From positions 68,046-132,045 of the forward strand of contig CALRBF010000001.1 of NCBI GenBank assembly GCA_943354045.1: a stretch of 64,000 nt of DNA, given 5' to 3'. Shown in pieces: positions 18,576 to 26,872 of this stretch (its first letter is position 1; each line of letters opens with the position of its first letter). This DNA is from Parcubacteria group bacterium (GTDB lineage: Bacteria; Patescibacteriota; Minisyncoccia; SW-4-49-11). Under the pieces are notes generated by a model. It was not told where the DNA came from, searched no databases, and worked only from the letters and a program-made list of their open reading frames with translations. The translations under genes and the position numbers were made by a program.

Positions 18576-20513
18576 TTATTGTAAAGGTCCTACTGGAATA
18601 GATTGATCAATTAAGAATCCATATTGTAATGTATCATCAGTAACTACTCCTAGAGCCAACATAGCCTCAGGAGAAAGCCCAGATACACGATTAGTAAATA
18701 TAGCAGGCCCCGATTCCATAATAGAGGCTACTAATCTCTTACCATTAGCAGGATTGGTAACTAATACCTTGCGTCCTCTATGCCAATTTTTAGCAGTATT
18801 ACTAAAGTCTGCACTACGAGTCCTTCCTCTCCAGATATCGGTTCTAAACTCATATACTTCTTGTACTGTACTTCCTGAATTATGAGATTTAGGAGAAGCT
18901 GCTATAGATGGACTATCTACACCTCGCTGAGATACAATCAAACTATTTCCATCTCTACCACTATATGCAATAATTTCTCCATTAATAATAACCCAACCAG
19001 TACTTGGATAATCTGCCACATTAGCAAGTGGTATTCTATTAGCAGCAGCAGCAATATTCTGAGTTAATGTACTTGTAGCTTCATACCATCGTACATAATT
19101 CCAACGCATAGTAATATAATACTTCTCATCTTCAACGCCAAATGGAGCATAGCTCGAATTAAGACTTCCTCCAGGACATGATAATGCAAATGCTCCTCCC
19201 GTAGTTAATAGGCCATTTTGTGCTGAGGCTGGAGTACCTGCTCTTCCATAATGATCACCGCTGGTTTCATTACAATCTCGAGAGAGATGCTGTTCACGAG
19301 CTGTTCTACCACTTGTAGCAGGGATAGCATACCCATCTATACTAGCGGCTTGAATATCAGAAAGGTTAGTCCCCATAGCATTAGAGTCAAATTCCTCTTG
19401 TGATACTGCAATTACATTAGCCCAATTATATCCCCGGGCGCCAAATATTGCGGGACTTGGAATACCTCTCTTTAATCCTCCTTCAATCACATATACTCCG
19501 CCACCAAAAGATATCAAAGCACCATTACTAAAGCCAACTCTTCCTGCCTTTGTATATTGATTTACAACATTGTCTGGTAATCTCAGTACGGAATCCCAAC
19601 TATATCCTTGGCTTGCAAAAATTTTAGGACTGGGAATATATTGTAAACTTCCATCATTAGCTACGCGATATATAGGTCCAGCAGTACCGATGAGAGATCC
19701 TTCTGCATATCGTTTCACTGTATTAAAAGCTCCAGATTCAGGAATAATAGATAATTCAAAATCTGTAGCTCGCTTTACTTGTCCCCAATTAAGTCCATAA
19801 CTCTCAAAAACTGCTGGAGAAGTAATAGGCTGCCGTACATTATTCTGCATCATAAATACTCCCGTAGCACTAGATATCAATAATCCATCTGGATAGAATT
19901 CATTGGCCCCTTGGGGATAGGTATTCAGATATGCCTCTGAGACATCAATCAGAGCTTCCCAACGATATCTTGCTTGAAATATAAGAGGACTAGGAATATA
20001 TCTTCTCTGCCCATTTTTAATCACATACACTTCCCCTCCTGGTTTTACCAATAAACTTCCATTGGGATGTTTGGAAGCTGTAGTTAAGCCAGGCCCCTGA
20101 GGCTGAGGAGCAAGTTCCGCATCACTTACCGCAATGACATTAGACCATTTGTACCCCTTTTGAAGAAAAGTACTCGGAGAATCAATAGGCAATCTCTGCC
20201 CATCAGATATTACAAAGACTCCGCCTCTATTAGATAATAATGATCCATCTCTATATGTCATTTGTGGACCATTAGGCAGTGCATCAATTTCAGTTTGTGT
20301 AGTAACTACCAAATCCTCCCATCTAAATTGAGATCGTAGCATATTAGGGGACTCAATAGGACGCTTTTGTCCATTATCAATATAATAGACTTTGGGATTA
20401 TTAGTAGATTTTAATAATATTCCATTAGGAAAGCTTGGGCTACTCGCATAACTCATTAATGGGAATGCCCATATCAAAGCAACCGTAATTAAAATTTTAT
20501 TTGATATTTTCAT
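18576..20513 (-). CDS. Secreted cell-wall protein with six copies of the same 60-aa repeat followed by a C-terminal RlpA/3D-like (double-psi beta-barrel) domain
   Basis: Signal peptide MKISNKILITVALIWAFPLMSYA. Six tandem repeats (for example GSLLSNRGGVFVISDGQRLPIDSPSTFLQKGYKWSNVIAVSDAEL) are homologous to the repeats in the adjacent amidase. The C-terminal segment GRKVLVTNPANGKRLVASIMESGPAIFTNRVSGLSPEAMLALG resembles the RlpA/3D lytic-transglycosylase-like fold. Confidence 0.5.
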   Translation of the reverse strand: MKISNKILITVALIWAFPLMSYASSPSFPNGILLKSTNNPKVYYIDNGQKRPIESPNMLRSQFRWEDLVVTTQTEIDALPNGPQMTYRDGSLLSNRGGVFVISDGQRLPIDSPSTFLQKGYKWSNVIAVSDAELAPQPQGPGLTTASKHPNGSLLVKPGGEVYVIKNGQRRYIPSPLIFQARYRWEALIDVSEAYLNTYPQGANEFYPDGLLISSATGVFMMQNNVRQPITSPAVFESYGLNWGQVKRATDFELSIIPESGAFNTVKRYAEGSLIGTAGPIYRVANDGSLQYIPSPKIFASQGYSWDSVLRLPDNVVNQYTKAGRVGFSNGALISFGGGVYVIEGGLKRGIPSPAIFGARGYNWANVIAVSQEEFDSNAMGTNLSDIQAASIDGYAIPATSGRTAREQHLSRDCNETSGDHYGRAGTPASAQNGLLTTGGAFALSCPGGSLNSSYAPFGVEDEKYYITMRWNYVRWYEATSTLTQNIAAAANRIPLANVADYPSTGWVIINGEIIAYSGRDGNSLIVSQRGVDSPSIAASPKSHNSGSTVQEVYEFRTDIWRGRTRSADFSNTAKNWHRGRKVLVTNPANGKRLVASIMESGPAIFTNRVSGLSPEAMLALGVVTDDTLQYGFLIDQSIPVGPLQ

Positions 20514-20610
20514 ATTTTGTATATACTTTATATTATTAAGTATATCATAAAATTATATATTTTGATATACTATACCTGTAATCAAATAATCATAAAACTA
20601 TAAAACCATA

Positions 20611-21231
20611 ATGAAATCTATATTAGAAGCCCTCAATTGGCGCTATGCTACCGACAAATTCCTAAATACTGCCATCCCTGAGGATATATTATATACCATC
20701 ATAGAGGCGGCGCGTCTCGCCCCTTCATCTATGAATTTTCAACCATGGAAATATATCTCTATACAGTCTCCAGAAATTCGTAATCAAATATTCGAAGCTG
20801 GAGGAAAACAAGAAGCCATCAATGCTCCTACCCTACTAGTACTCACCATACCCAATATTCTCACTGCGGAAAGCGTAAATAATGTTGTTCTGGCTGCTGC
20901 TAAAGCTCGGAATGCCGATCCAGCTACTCTTGATGGATATCGTAATATGCTACAAGGCTTTATAGATACAACTGAACCTAATAAATTCTTTGATTGGAGT
21001 CGTAGACAAGCCTATATTTCACTAGGGATGCTATTACTTGCTGCCGCTCAACTCGAAGTGGATGCCGCCCCTATGGAAGGTTTTGATGCCACGAAAGTAA
21101 CCGAGATATTAGGGCTCAAAGATTATACCGCCGTAACTCTGATTGGACTTGGATACCGCAGCCCTGAAGATGATCATCAAAGCTGGCCAAAAGTCCGATT
21201 TGATATAGAGGAAATTTTGGAGGTGAGATAG
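20611..21231 (+). CDS. Nitroreductase family protein
   Basis: The N-terminal pattern LNWRYATDKF...IIEAARLAPSSMNFQPW is the classic nitroreductase/NAD(P)H-flavin oxidoreductase fold signature. Confidence 0.8.
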   Translation: MKSILEALNWRYATDKFLNTAIPEDILYTIIEAARLAPSSMNFQPWKYISIQSPEIRNQIFEAGGKQEAINAPTLLVLTIPNILTAESVNNVVLAAAKARNADPATLDGYRNMLQGFIDTTEPNKFFDWSRRQAYISLGMLLLAAAQLEVDAAPMEGFDATKVTEILGLKDYTAVTLIGLGYRSPEDDHQSWPKVRFDIEEILEVR

Positions 21232-21235
21232 AACC

Positions 21236-21277
21236 TAAAAAAGAAAGAGCTTGATAAGCTCTTTCTTTTTTTATTTT
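21236..21277. terminator. Strong bidirectional intrinsic terminator
   Basis: AAAAAA-GAAAGAGCTT-GAT-AAGCTCTTTC-TTTTTTTATTTT. It is a 10-bp perfect stem flanked by an A-run and a T-run, lying between the nitroreductase gene (plus strand) and the tRNA-Ser-like segment (minus strand). Confidence 0.65.
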
Positions 21278-21298
21278 GGCGGAGAGAAAGGGATTCGG
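21273..21298 (-). repeat. 26-nt direct repeat duplicating the 3' end of tRNA-Ser (acceptor 3' strand plus part of the T-arm); the second copy is at 21477-21502 inside or next to the intact tRNA gene
   Basis: TATTTTGGCGGAGAGAAAGGGATTCG occurs at both sites. The first copy continues into a non-tRNA GC-rich segment. Confidence 0.6.
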
Positions 21299-21449
21299 TC
21301 ACAGATAATTTCCCTGGCGGGAAATTTCCGCGACCCCGTCTCGCCGTGTTCGCCTTGTACTCTGTACAAACTCACACCAGGCTCCGACTTTCTCTTCCCT
21401 ACGCCAGCAACACTGTTGCTAGCTTTCTCTCATCCAATCTAGAATATAT

Positions 21450-21473
21450 AAAATAGGGCTATAGCCCTATTTT
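21450..21473. terminator. Perfect hairpin immediately downstream of tRNA-Ser (minus-strand terminator)
   Basis: AAAATAGGGCT-ATA-GCCCTATTTT. This is a perfect 11-bp inverted repeat flanked by A and T runs. Confidence 0.55.
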
Positions 21474-21481
21474 ATATATTT

Positions 21482-21572
21482 TGGCGGAGAGAAAGGGATT
21501 CGAACCCTTGATAAGTTTTACCCTATGCCACGTTAGCAGTGTGGTGCTTTCGACCAGCTCAGCCATCTCTCC
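21482..21572 (-). tRNA. tRNA-Ser with anticodon GCU and a long variable arm
   Basis: The minus-strand read is GGAGAGATGGCTGAGCTGGTCGAAAGCACCACACTGCTAACGTGGCATAGGGTAAAACTTATCAAGGGTTCGAATCCCTTTCTCTCCGCCA. The anticodon loop is CTGCTAA (GCT). It has a long variable arm, a T-arm AAGGG/CCCTT and an encoded CCA. Confidence 0.85.
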
Positions 21573-21753
21573 ATAATTAAATTAACTATTATAGTTTACC
21601 TAAATTTTGATAATTTTGCAACTTATTCCTATTGAAAAATTATAGAATTATTATAAACTTGTAATTATTGATAGTTTACATTAAATCATAAGACAGGCAT
21701 ATTATTCCGCATTTTTATTCACCTATGCTATAATATAGATAAAATAATAGTAT

Positions 21754-22197
21754 ATGCATATCTTCCCAAAATACATAAATAATACCTATACGGGACATCC
21801 TATTGCTCTCTATACTTTTTATATCATTATCTTTATCACTATAGTCCGAAGTCTCATTCATATATTAGCCCCTGATGGTGGAGCACAAAGTATAGCCACT
21901 ATTCCACTCGATACCTATTCTGTAGAAAGTGCTAATGCGGTTATTTTTATGTTTGGATTATGGGGAATTTCTCAACTACTGCTTGGAATACTGTTTCTCA
22001 TCATCACAATTCGTTACAAAGCTCTTATACCCCTTATGTACCTATTTATCTTTACCGAATATACTCTCAGACTTATACTTGGATTTTTCAAACCCATTAC
22101 CCTCACAGGTGTCGCCCCAGGAGGTATAGGGAATTATGTGTTTATTATTTTATCTATTCTTTTATTTATGTTATCTATGAAAACGAAAAAAACTTAA
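21754..22197 (+). CDS. Hypothetical integral membrane protein
   Basis: 147-aa ORF with 4 transmembrane helices. It is separated from the tRNA by an AT-rich region. Confidence 0.35.
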   Translation: MHIFPKYINNTYTGHPIALYTFYIIIFITIVRSLIHILAPDGGAQSIATIPLDTYSVESANAVIFMFGLWGISQLLLGILFLIITIRYKALIPLMYLFIFTEYTLRLILGFFKPITLTGVAPGGIGNYVFIILSILLFMLSMKTKKT

Positions 22198-22233
22198 TAT
22201 AGTTCAACCATTAACTTTAACAAAATATCAACC

Positions 22234-22878
22234 CTAATATCTAATCTCAGCATCTATTCTACTCATATACATCTCCCAAAACATATTAGCCAATATAGAC
22301 GGGGAATAGAGATCACTCTCTTCCTGAATATGCCCATTAATAGTGAGTGTCCCTACATAAATATCATCCTCTTTTAATGCTTCATTCAATTGAAGTGCCA
22401 AATTCCTCAGTCCAGCCTTCCCGAGAGACAATGACCCAAATTCATGATTAGGATTGAGCGAAAATCCTCCCCCCGTCAATAATACCGCCCCCTTTGTTTG
22501 TCTCAAATCATCCAAAAGATATTGTACCGAATGAAATACATGTGCAACATTTAACCTAAAATCATTCACGAGATCATCAGTCTCTTCAGATAATAAGTTT
22601 TTCCTTTTCATACCGGCAGCATTATAAAATAAAACATCTATAATACCCATCTTTTTCTTCAAAGCAGAGATGGCAGCTTCGAGTTCATCTTTATAATATG
22701 CATCAGCTGTATGATAAAAAACATTAATACCCTGCCCTTGCAACAGAGTAGCCCGCTCCTTTAAAGCACTTTCATTACGACTAATAAGCCCTACTGCAAA
22801 CCCATTCTCCCCAAACTTTTTTGCCATAGCAAATCCTAATTTAGGACCCAATCCAATGATGATAATATTTTTATTCAT
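22234..22878 (-). CDS. Short-chain dehydrogenase/reductase (SDR)-like Rossmann-fold protein
   Basis: The N-terminal dinucleotide-binding pattern is NIIIIGLGPKLGFAMAKKFGENGFAVGLISRNESAL. The length fits an atypical short SDR. Confidence 0.45.
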   Translation of the reverse strand: MNKNIIIIGLGPKLGFAMAKKFGENGFAVGLISRNESALKERATLLQGQGINVFYHTADAYYKDELEAAISALKKKMGIIDVLFYNAAGMKRKNLLSEETDDLVNDFRLNVAHVFHSVQYLLDDLRQTKGAVLLTGGGFSLNPNHEFGSLSLGKAGLRNLALQLNEALKEDDIYVGTLTINGHIQEESDLYSPSILANMFWEMYMSRIDAEIRY

Positions 22879-22910
22879 AACTTATATAATATATACACAT
22901 TATACTAATT

Positions 22911-23318
22911 TTACTTATTCCTACTACATTTTAATGCAATTTCACGACTAACTTTCTTAACTTGAATTGTTTTATGTCCGAGCATAACGGCTTTTGTAAA
23001 TCTGTGTACCCCATCTAATATTATCCACTTATCTTTATGTAGATATATATGAATAGGGAAACTTAAATCACATTGATTTACTCTTTTTGCATGAGGAATT
23101 TCAATCTCAAAATTAGCAATAAGTTCGCGAGGGCTAAGATTCCAATCATCAGTCCCCTTTTTTTCCAAATAGGGAATATCTAAATTATATTCAATTTCAC
23201 TAATTGATATTTCTTCAACAGGAAAATCTTCCCTCCATAATTCGGACTCATCAATTTTAAAGCCAGTATTGATAATTTCTGGAATAATACTCATACGAAT
23301 TAATTTTATTAATCTCAA
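22911..23318 (-). CDS. ParB/sulfiredoxin-fold (ParB-like nuclease domain) protein
   Basis: The motif WIILDGVHRFTKAVMLGHKTIQV matches the DGxHR core of the ParB N-terminal/Srx fold. Confidence 0.4.
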   Translation of the reverse strand: MRLIKLIRMSIIPEIINTGFKIDESELWREDFPVEEISISEIEYNLDIPYLEKKGTDDWNLSPRELIANFEIEIPHAKRVNQCDLSFPIHIYLHKDKWIILDGVHRFTKAVMLGHKTIQVKKVSREIALKCSRNK

Positions 23319-23365
23319 TTTAATCCCCCTTATTCTACCCTATTTCCCCTATCTCTACAATAACA

Positions 23366-23851
23366 TTACCCCTTATACTGATAAGATAAGAGATTATATT
23401 CATCTGTATCATATACACAGATTCCATCTTCATGCCAGAGTACAAATTCTTGTATACCGACATCGAGGGACATTTTACTACATATAGTACAATAGGGATT
23501 TCCCGCTCGGGTGGCATTATCCTCTTCATCTAATCGCATAAAATATAATCTTGAGCCTATTATCTTGTCTGAGTTATGTGCCAGAGCATCCATAATAGCT
23601 CTCTGCTCGGCATGAATACAGCAGGTTTTGTCAGTTATTTTGCGGTGATAGGAATCTTTATTATAATTACATCGTCTTTGATTCTCTTGATTATCTACTG
23701 GACTATTGATACCCTTGCCAATAATGACATCATTAGCGACTATTATAGAGCCACATTTACTCCGCTCACAACTTGCTGATTTTGCAAGTTCAGTAGTGTA
23801 CTCCAAATATTTCTTTGCTTCTTCCTCTTCCTTGCCTGATAGATATCTCAT
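23366..23851 (-). CDS. Cytidine/deoxycytidylate (dCMP) deaminase family protein
   Basis: Zinc-binding deaminase motifs C-IHAEQRAIMDA and PYCTICSKM (the H-A-E ... P-C-x-x-C arrangement) are present. Confidence 0.7.
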   Translation of the reverse strand: MRYLSGKEEEEAKKYLEYTTELAKSASCERSKCGSIIVANDVIIGKGINSPVDNQENQRRCNYNKDSYHRKITDKTCCIHAEQRAIMDALAHNSDKIIGSRLYFMRLDEEDNATRAGNPYCTICSKMSLDVGIQEFVLWHEDGICVYDTDEYNLLSYQYKG

Positions 23852-23862
23852 ACTTTCTTTAC

Positions 23863-25374
23863 TTATTCTTTTATACTATCTAGATGAGCTTGAGCTAATT
23901 GTGTATAATTATCTTTCTTCTCTGCTGTCATTTTGCTATATTGTACTCCAATAAATCCTAATCTGCCTTCTTTTTGTAATTGTTCAAAATGTATCCCTAC
24001 AAAATTCCAAAAAAGTGTATCAAAAGTATCGCACCATTCCCCCGCTTTGAAATCACTCATTTTCCGAATATAATTGGATGAGGCAATATAGGGTTTAGTG
24101 GTCAGTAATCCCCCATCGGCATATAAAGTCATACTATATACATTGGGTACCATCACCCAATCATAGGCATCAATATACATTTCCATAAACCATTCATAGA
24201 CTGCATTGGGTTCAATATGGCATAAATTCATATAATTCCCCAGAATCATAAGTCGCGGAATATGATGAGTATAGGCATATTTCCTTAGCACTTTTATATG
24301 ATAATCCACTGGTTCTATACCTGTTGTTGCGGTCCATAATGAGGCGGGCATAGATGTATGCGCTTCAAAATAATTACGATTTCGAATAGTACTTCCTTCC
24401 AATATATACAAAGCTCGGATATATTCTCTCCAACCAATAATTTGGCGGATAAAGCCTTCTGCTGATTCGAGGGGTATACTTTGTTGTTCCGCGAGAGCCA
24501 ATGTCTCTTGAAGTACAAAATCTGGAGTTAATAGTCCATTATTGAGAAGTGGTGATATAGTACTGTGAAAAACTGAAGCTGATTGTTGGGTAACAGCATC
24601 TTCATAAGGTCCAAAAAGAGTAAATCTCTGATTGAGAAAATCTCTCAGATGTTTTTTGGCTTGCTTATGATCAATAGGGCTCCAAAAAGCATCCGTATCA
24701 CCAAAATTATTGGGGAAATATTGCTCTATATATGCTCTTGCTTCCTCTACATATGAGGAATTATTGGGGGTAAATGTCTCTGGTATATCTATGTCTTTGG
24801 GGAGCTTTTTTCTATTTTCGGTATCAAAACTCCATCTCCCGCCTTGTGGTTTATTATCTTCAATCAGAATATTGAGCCGTTTTCTCTGCCATATATAGAA
24901 GTCATTCATATGGTATTTGCGGGCTCCTATGCGTGATTGGAAAAATTCCGTAAATTCTGATATAGAGGTGAGGAACATAGGACTTTCGTATACAGTATAT
25001 GCAATGACTGCCTTATCGAGAGCCTTGATAAGGCGACTACTCAGCCAATCATCAGTAACATCATAGAATTCTACGGTATCGATATGATTCTGTTGTAATA
25101 GAGATACAATACTGTCAGTGGTCTCAAGCTTATGATACTCGATATATTCAACAGCAATATTTTGAGTGATAAGATATTGCTGATAGCTTTTCATACTCGC
25201 TCGATGTAATATGAGCTTTTGTTTATGAAAAGCAAATTCACTAAAATAAAGTGGCTCTTCTATCAAATACACAATATCACTATCTTTTAGATATTGTATA
25301 TCTTCAAATAGTTGATGAGGGTATATGAGAAATGCTTTTTTCTTAACTTTCAATTCCTTTTGGATTAGGTCCAT
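23863..25374 (-). CDS. Cryptochrome/photolyase-related protein (COG3046-like, FeS-BCP/(6-4) photolyase-type)
   Basis: It is about 500 aa. The N-terminus FLIYPHQLFEDIQYLKDSDIVYLIEEPLYFSEFAFHKQKLILHRASMKSY is typical of the photolyase-related family. C-terminal motifs WVMVPNVYSM and YIASSNYIRKMSDF are present. The start was set at the internal MDLIQ (ATG at 25374) because the longer ORF overlaps the upstream gene by 90 nt. Confidence 0.6.
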   Translation of the reverse strand: MDLIQKELKVKKKAFLIYPHQLFEDIQYLKDSDIVYLIEEPLYFSEFAFHKQKLILHRASMKSYQQYLITQNIAVEYIEYHKLETTDSIVSLLQQNHIDTVEFYDVTDDWLSSRLIKALDKAVIAYTVYESPMFLTSISEFTEFFQSRIGARKYHMNDFYIWQRKRLNILIEDNKPQGGRWSFDTENRKKLPKDIDIPETFTPNNSSYVEEARAYIEQYFPNNFGDTDAFWSPIDHKQAKKHLRDFLNQRFTLFGPYEDAVTQQSASVFHSTISPLLNNGLLTPDFVLQETLALAEQQSIPLESAEGFIRQIIGWREYIRALYILEGSTIRNRNYFEAHTSMPASLWTATTGIEPVDYHIKVLRKYAYTHHIPRLMILGNYMNLCHIEPNAVYEWFMEMYIDAYDWVMVPNVYSMTLYADGGLLTTKPYIASSNYIRKMSDFKAGEWCDTFDTLFWNFVGIHFEQLQKEGRLGFIGVQYSKMTAEKKDNYTQLAQAHLDSIKE

Positions 25375-25861
25375 ATTTATTTGCTCCAGGAGTACTATCC
25401 GTAAACTGTAATATAAATAGCCATAAAGCTCCAATAATAGGAATAATACCTATAAGTAAAAACCATCCACTTTTCCCAACATCATGAAGTCTTCTTACCA
25501 ATACAGCGAATCCAGGGATAAATGATATTAATGTATATATCCCACCAAGACCTTCTCCAATATTTAATGATTTAGAGATAAAGCTTAATAGTATAAAAAC
25601 AATAACATTAAGTAAAGTAAAATACCAATATTCACTTCTCCTTGCACGTCCACTAAAGTCAGCATATTTACGAAAAGCTCCTATATAATAATCAATAGGT
25701 GATCTCTCAAGAATGGGCTCTGCTGTTGCTTCATTCGTCGTCGCTTTCTTCTCTTGATAAAACTCAGATATCTCTTGGATTTTATCTGCATTAGGTGTAG
25801 ATGCTACTGGGCTTTGTTCTACAGGTTGTTCAGGGTTTTGATTGGTATTTTGATCATCCAT
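25343..25861 (-). CDS. DUF805-family inner-membrane protein with an acidic N-terminal extension
   Basis: DUF805 signatures RRSEYWYF, VRRLHDVGKSGWF and NKYGPNP are present, with 3 transmembrane helices. Confidence 0.6.
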   Translation of the reverse strand: MDDQNTNQNPEQPVEQSPVASTPNADKIQEISEFYQEKKATTNEATAEPILERSPIDYYIGAFRKYADFSGRARRSEYWYFTLLNVIVFILLSFISKSLNIGEGLGGIYTLISFIPGFAVLVRRLHDVGKSGWFLLIGIIPIIGALWLFILQFTDSTPGANKYGPNPKGIES

Positions 25862-25873
25862 ATTTTTTATTAT

Positions 25874-26242
25874 TTAATTATAAAATGCTGGGGGAAATGA
25901 ACTTATTGTAAAAAACATAAAAATCCAAAAAGGAATAGTTAATATAAACCACACCAACCAATATATTAGCTGGGCTTTTGCCCAACTCTTCTTAGTTTTA
26001 TTAGATTCATCCCCAAATGCCCATATAAGTAAAAATATAAATCCTAAAATTGGAATAGATGAAATTAATATTATTACTAGCCATTGTTTTGTACTGATTA
26101 CAGAATTTGATTCAGTAGTATTATTTTTACTTTCATAGATTTCAGATATCTCTTGGATTTTATCTGTATTAGGTGTAGATTCTACTGAACTTTGTTCTAC
26201 AGGTTGTTCAGGACTTTGATTGGTATTTATTTCGTCAGACAT
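25874..26242 (-). CDS. Small membrane protein whose N-terminal 40 aa are a near-copy of the N-terminus of the adjacent DUF805 protein
   Basis: Its N-terminus MSDEINTNQSPEQPVEQSSVESTPNTDKIQEISEIYESK matches MDDQNTNQNPEQPVEQSPVASTPNADKIQEISEFYQEK in the neighbour. About 110 bp of DNA are roughly 90% identical (26120-26242 against 25740-25861). Confidence 0.4.
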   Translation of the reverse strand: MSDEINTNQSPEQPVEQSSVESTPNTDKIQEISEIYESKNNTTESNSVISTKQWLVIILISSIPILGFIFLLIWAFGDESNKTKKSWAKAQLIYWLVWFILTIPFWIFMFFTISSFPPAFYN

Positions 26243-26352
26243 AGTATTTATTATTAATTAATATTATCTATATAAATAATATCACTTTTTTCATTTTTTA
26301 CCAATATATATGTTATAATGAAGTAAAATATATATCTTAATAAACTCTATAT

Positions 26353-26841
26353 ATGGAAATATTAAAACAAGCTACTCTAATATTCCTTATTCAGAAATTT
26401 GATAATAATATACAAAATATTGTCCTTGCGATGAAAAAGCGTGGATTTGGTATGAATAAATGGAATGGGGTTGGGGGTAAGGTAGAGCCAGGAGAAACCA
26501 TTGAGCAGTCTGCCATACGAGAAACCGAAGAGGAAATATCTGTTATTATAAAAGATATTGTTAAAGTTGCTGAATTAACATTTTATTTTAGTGAAAATCC
26601 TGATTGGGATAAAGTTGTATATGTATATTTTGCTGAGAACTGGGAGGGGGAACCTATTGAAAGTGAAGAGATGAAACCTCAATGGTATACTGTTGATTCT
26701 ATTCCTTATGAGAATATGTGGCCAGATGATATATTTTGGCTACCAGAAGTCATAAAGGGACAGAAGCTCAAAGCAAGCTTTACCCTAGATTCTCATGATA
26801 CAATTTTAGAGCAACATATAGATATTGTTGATGAACTCTAA
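26353..26841 (+). CDS. NUDIX hydrolase (MutT-like)
   Basis: The Nudix box is GGKVEPGETIEQSAIRETEEEISV. Confidence 0.75.
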   Translation: MEILKQATLIFLIQKFDNNIQNIVLAMKKRGFGMNKWNGVGGKVEPGETIEQSAIRETEEEISVIIKDIVKVAELTFYFSENPDWDKVVYVYFAENWEGEPIESEEMKPQWYTVDSIPYENMWPDDIFWLPEVIKGQKLKASFTLDSHDTILEQHIDIVDEL

Positions 26842-26872
26842 ATCACAGAATATATCATCGGTAAAAAAGATA

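Noticed and set aside
21299-21440. tmRNA, SRP RNA or RNase P RNA in the GC-rich segment between the tRNA-Ser repeat copies
   Set aside because: The segment is only about 165 nt. It has no tag-peptide frame ending in Ala-Ala-stop, and no SRP domain IV motif (GGAA tetraloop with the AGCA/GGAA symmetric loop). Only a weak resemblance to the RNase P P4 5' strand (GAAAGUCGGAGCC) is present. The T-arm of the duplicated tRNA end is disrupted, so it is not a second functional tRNA-Ser.
21251-21442. A 63-aa plus-strand ORF across the GC-rich segment next to tRNA-Ser
   Set aside because: It lies within the tRNA-derived or structured segment and between two terminators. Its composition-driven frame is more plausibly RNA or an att remnant than coding sequence.
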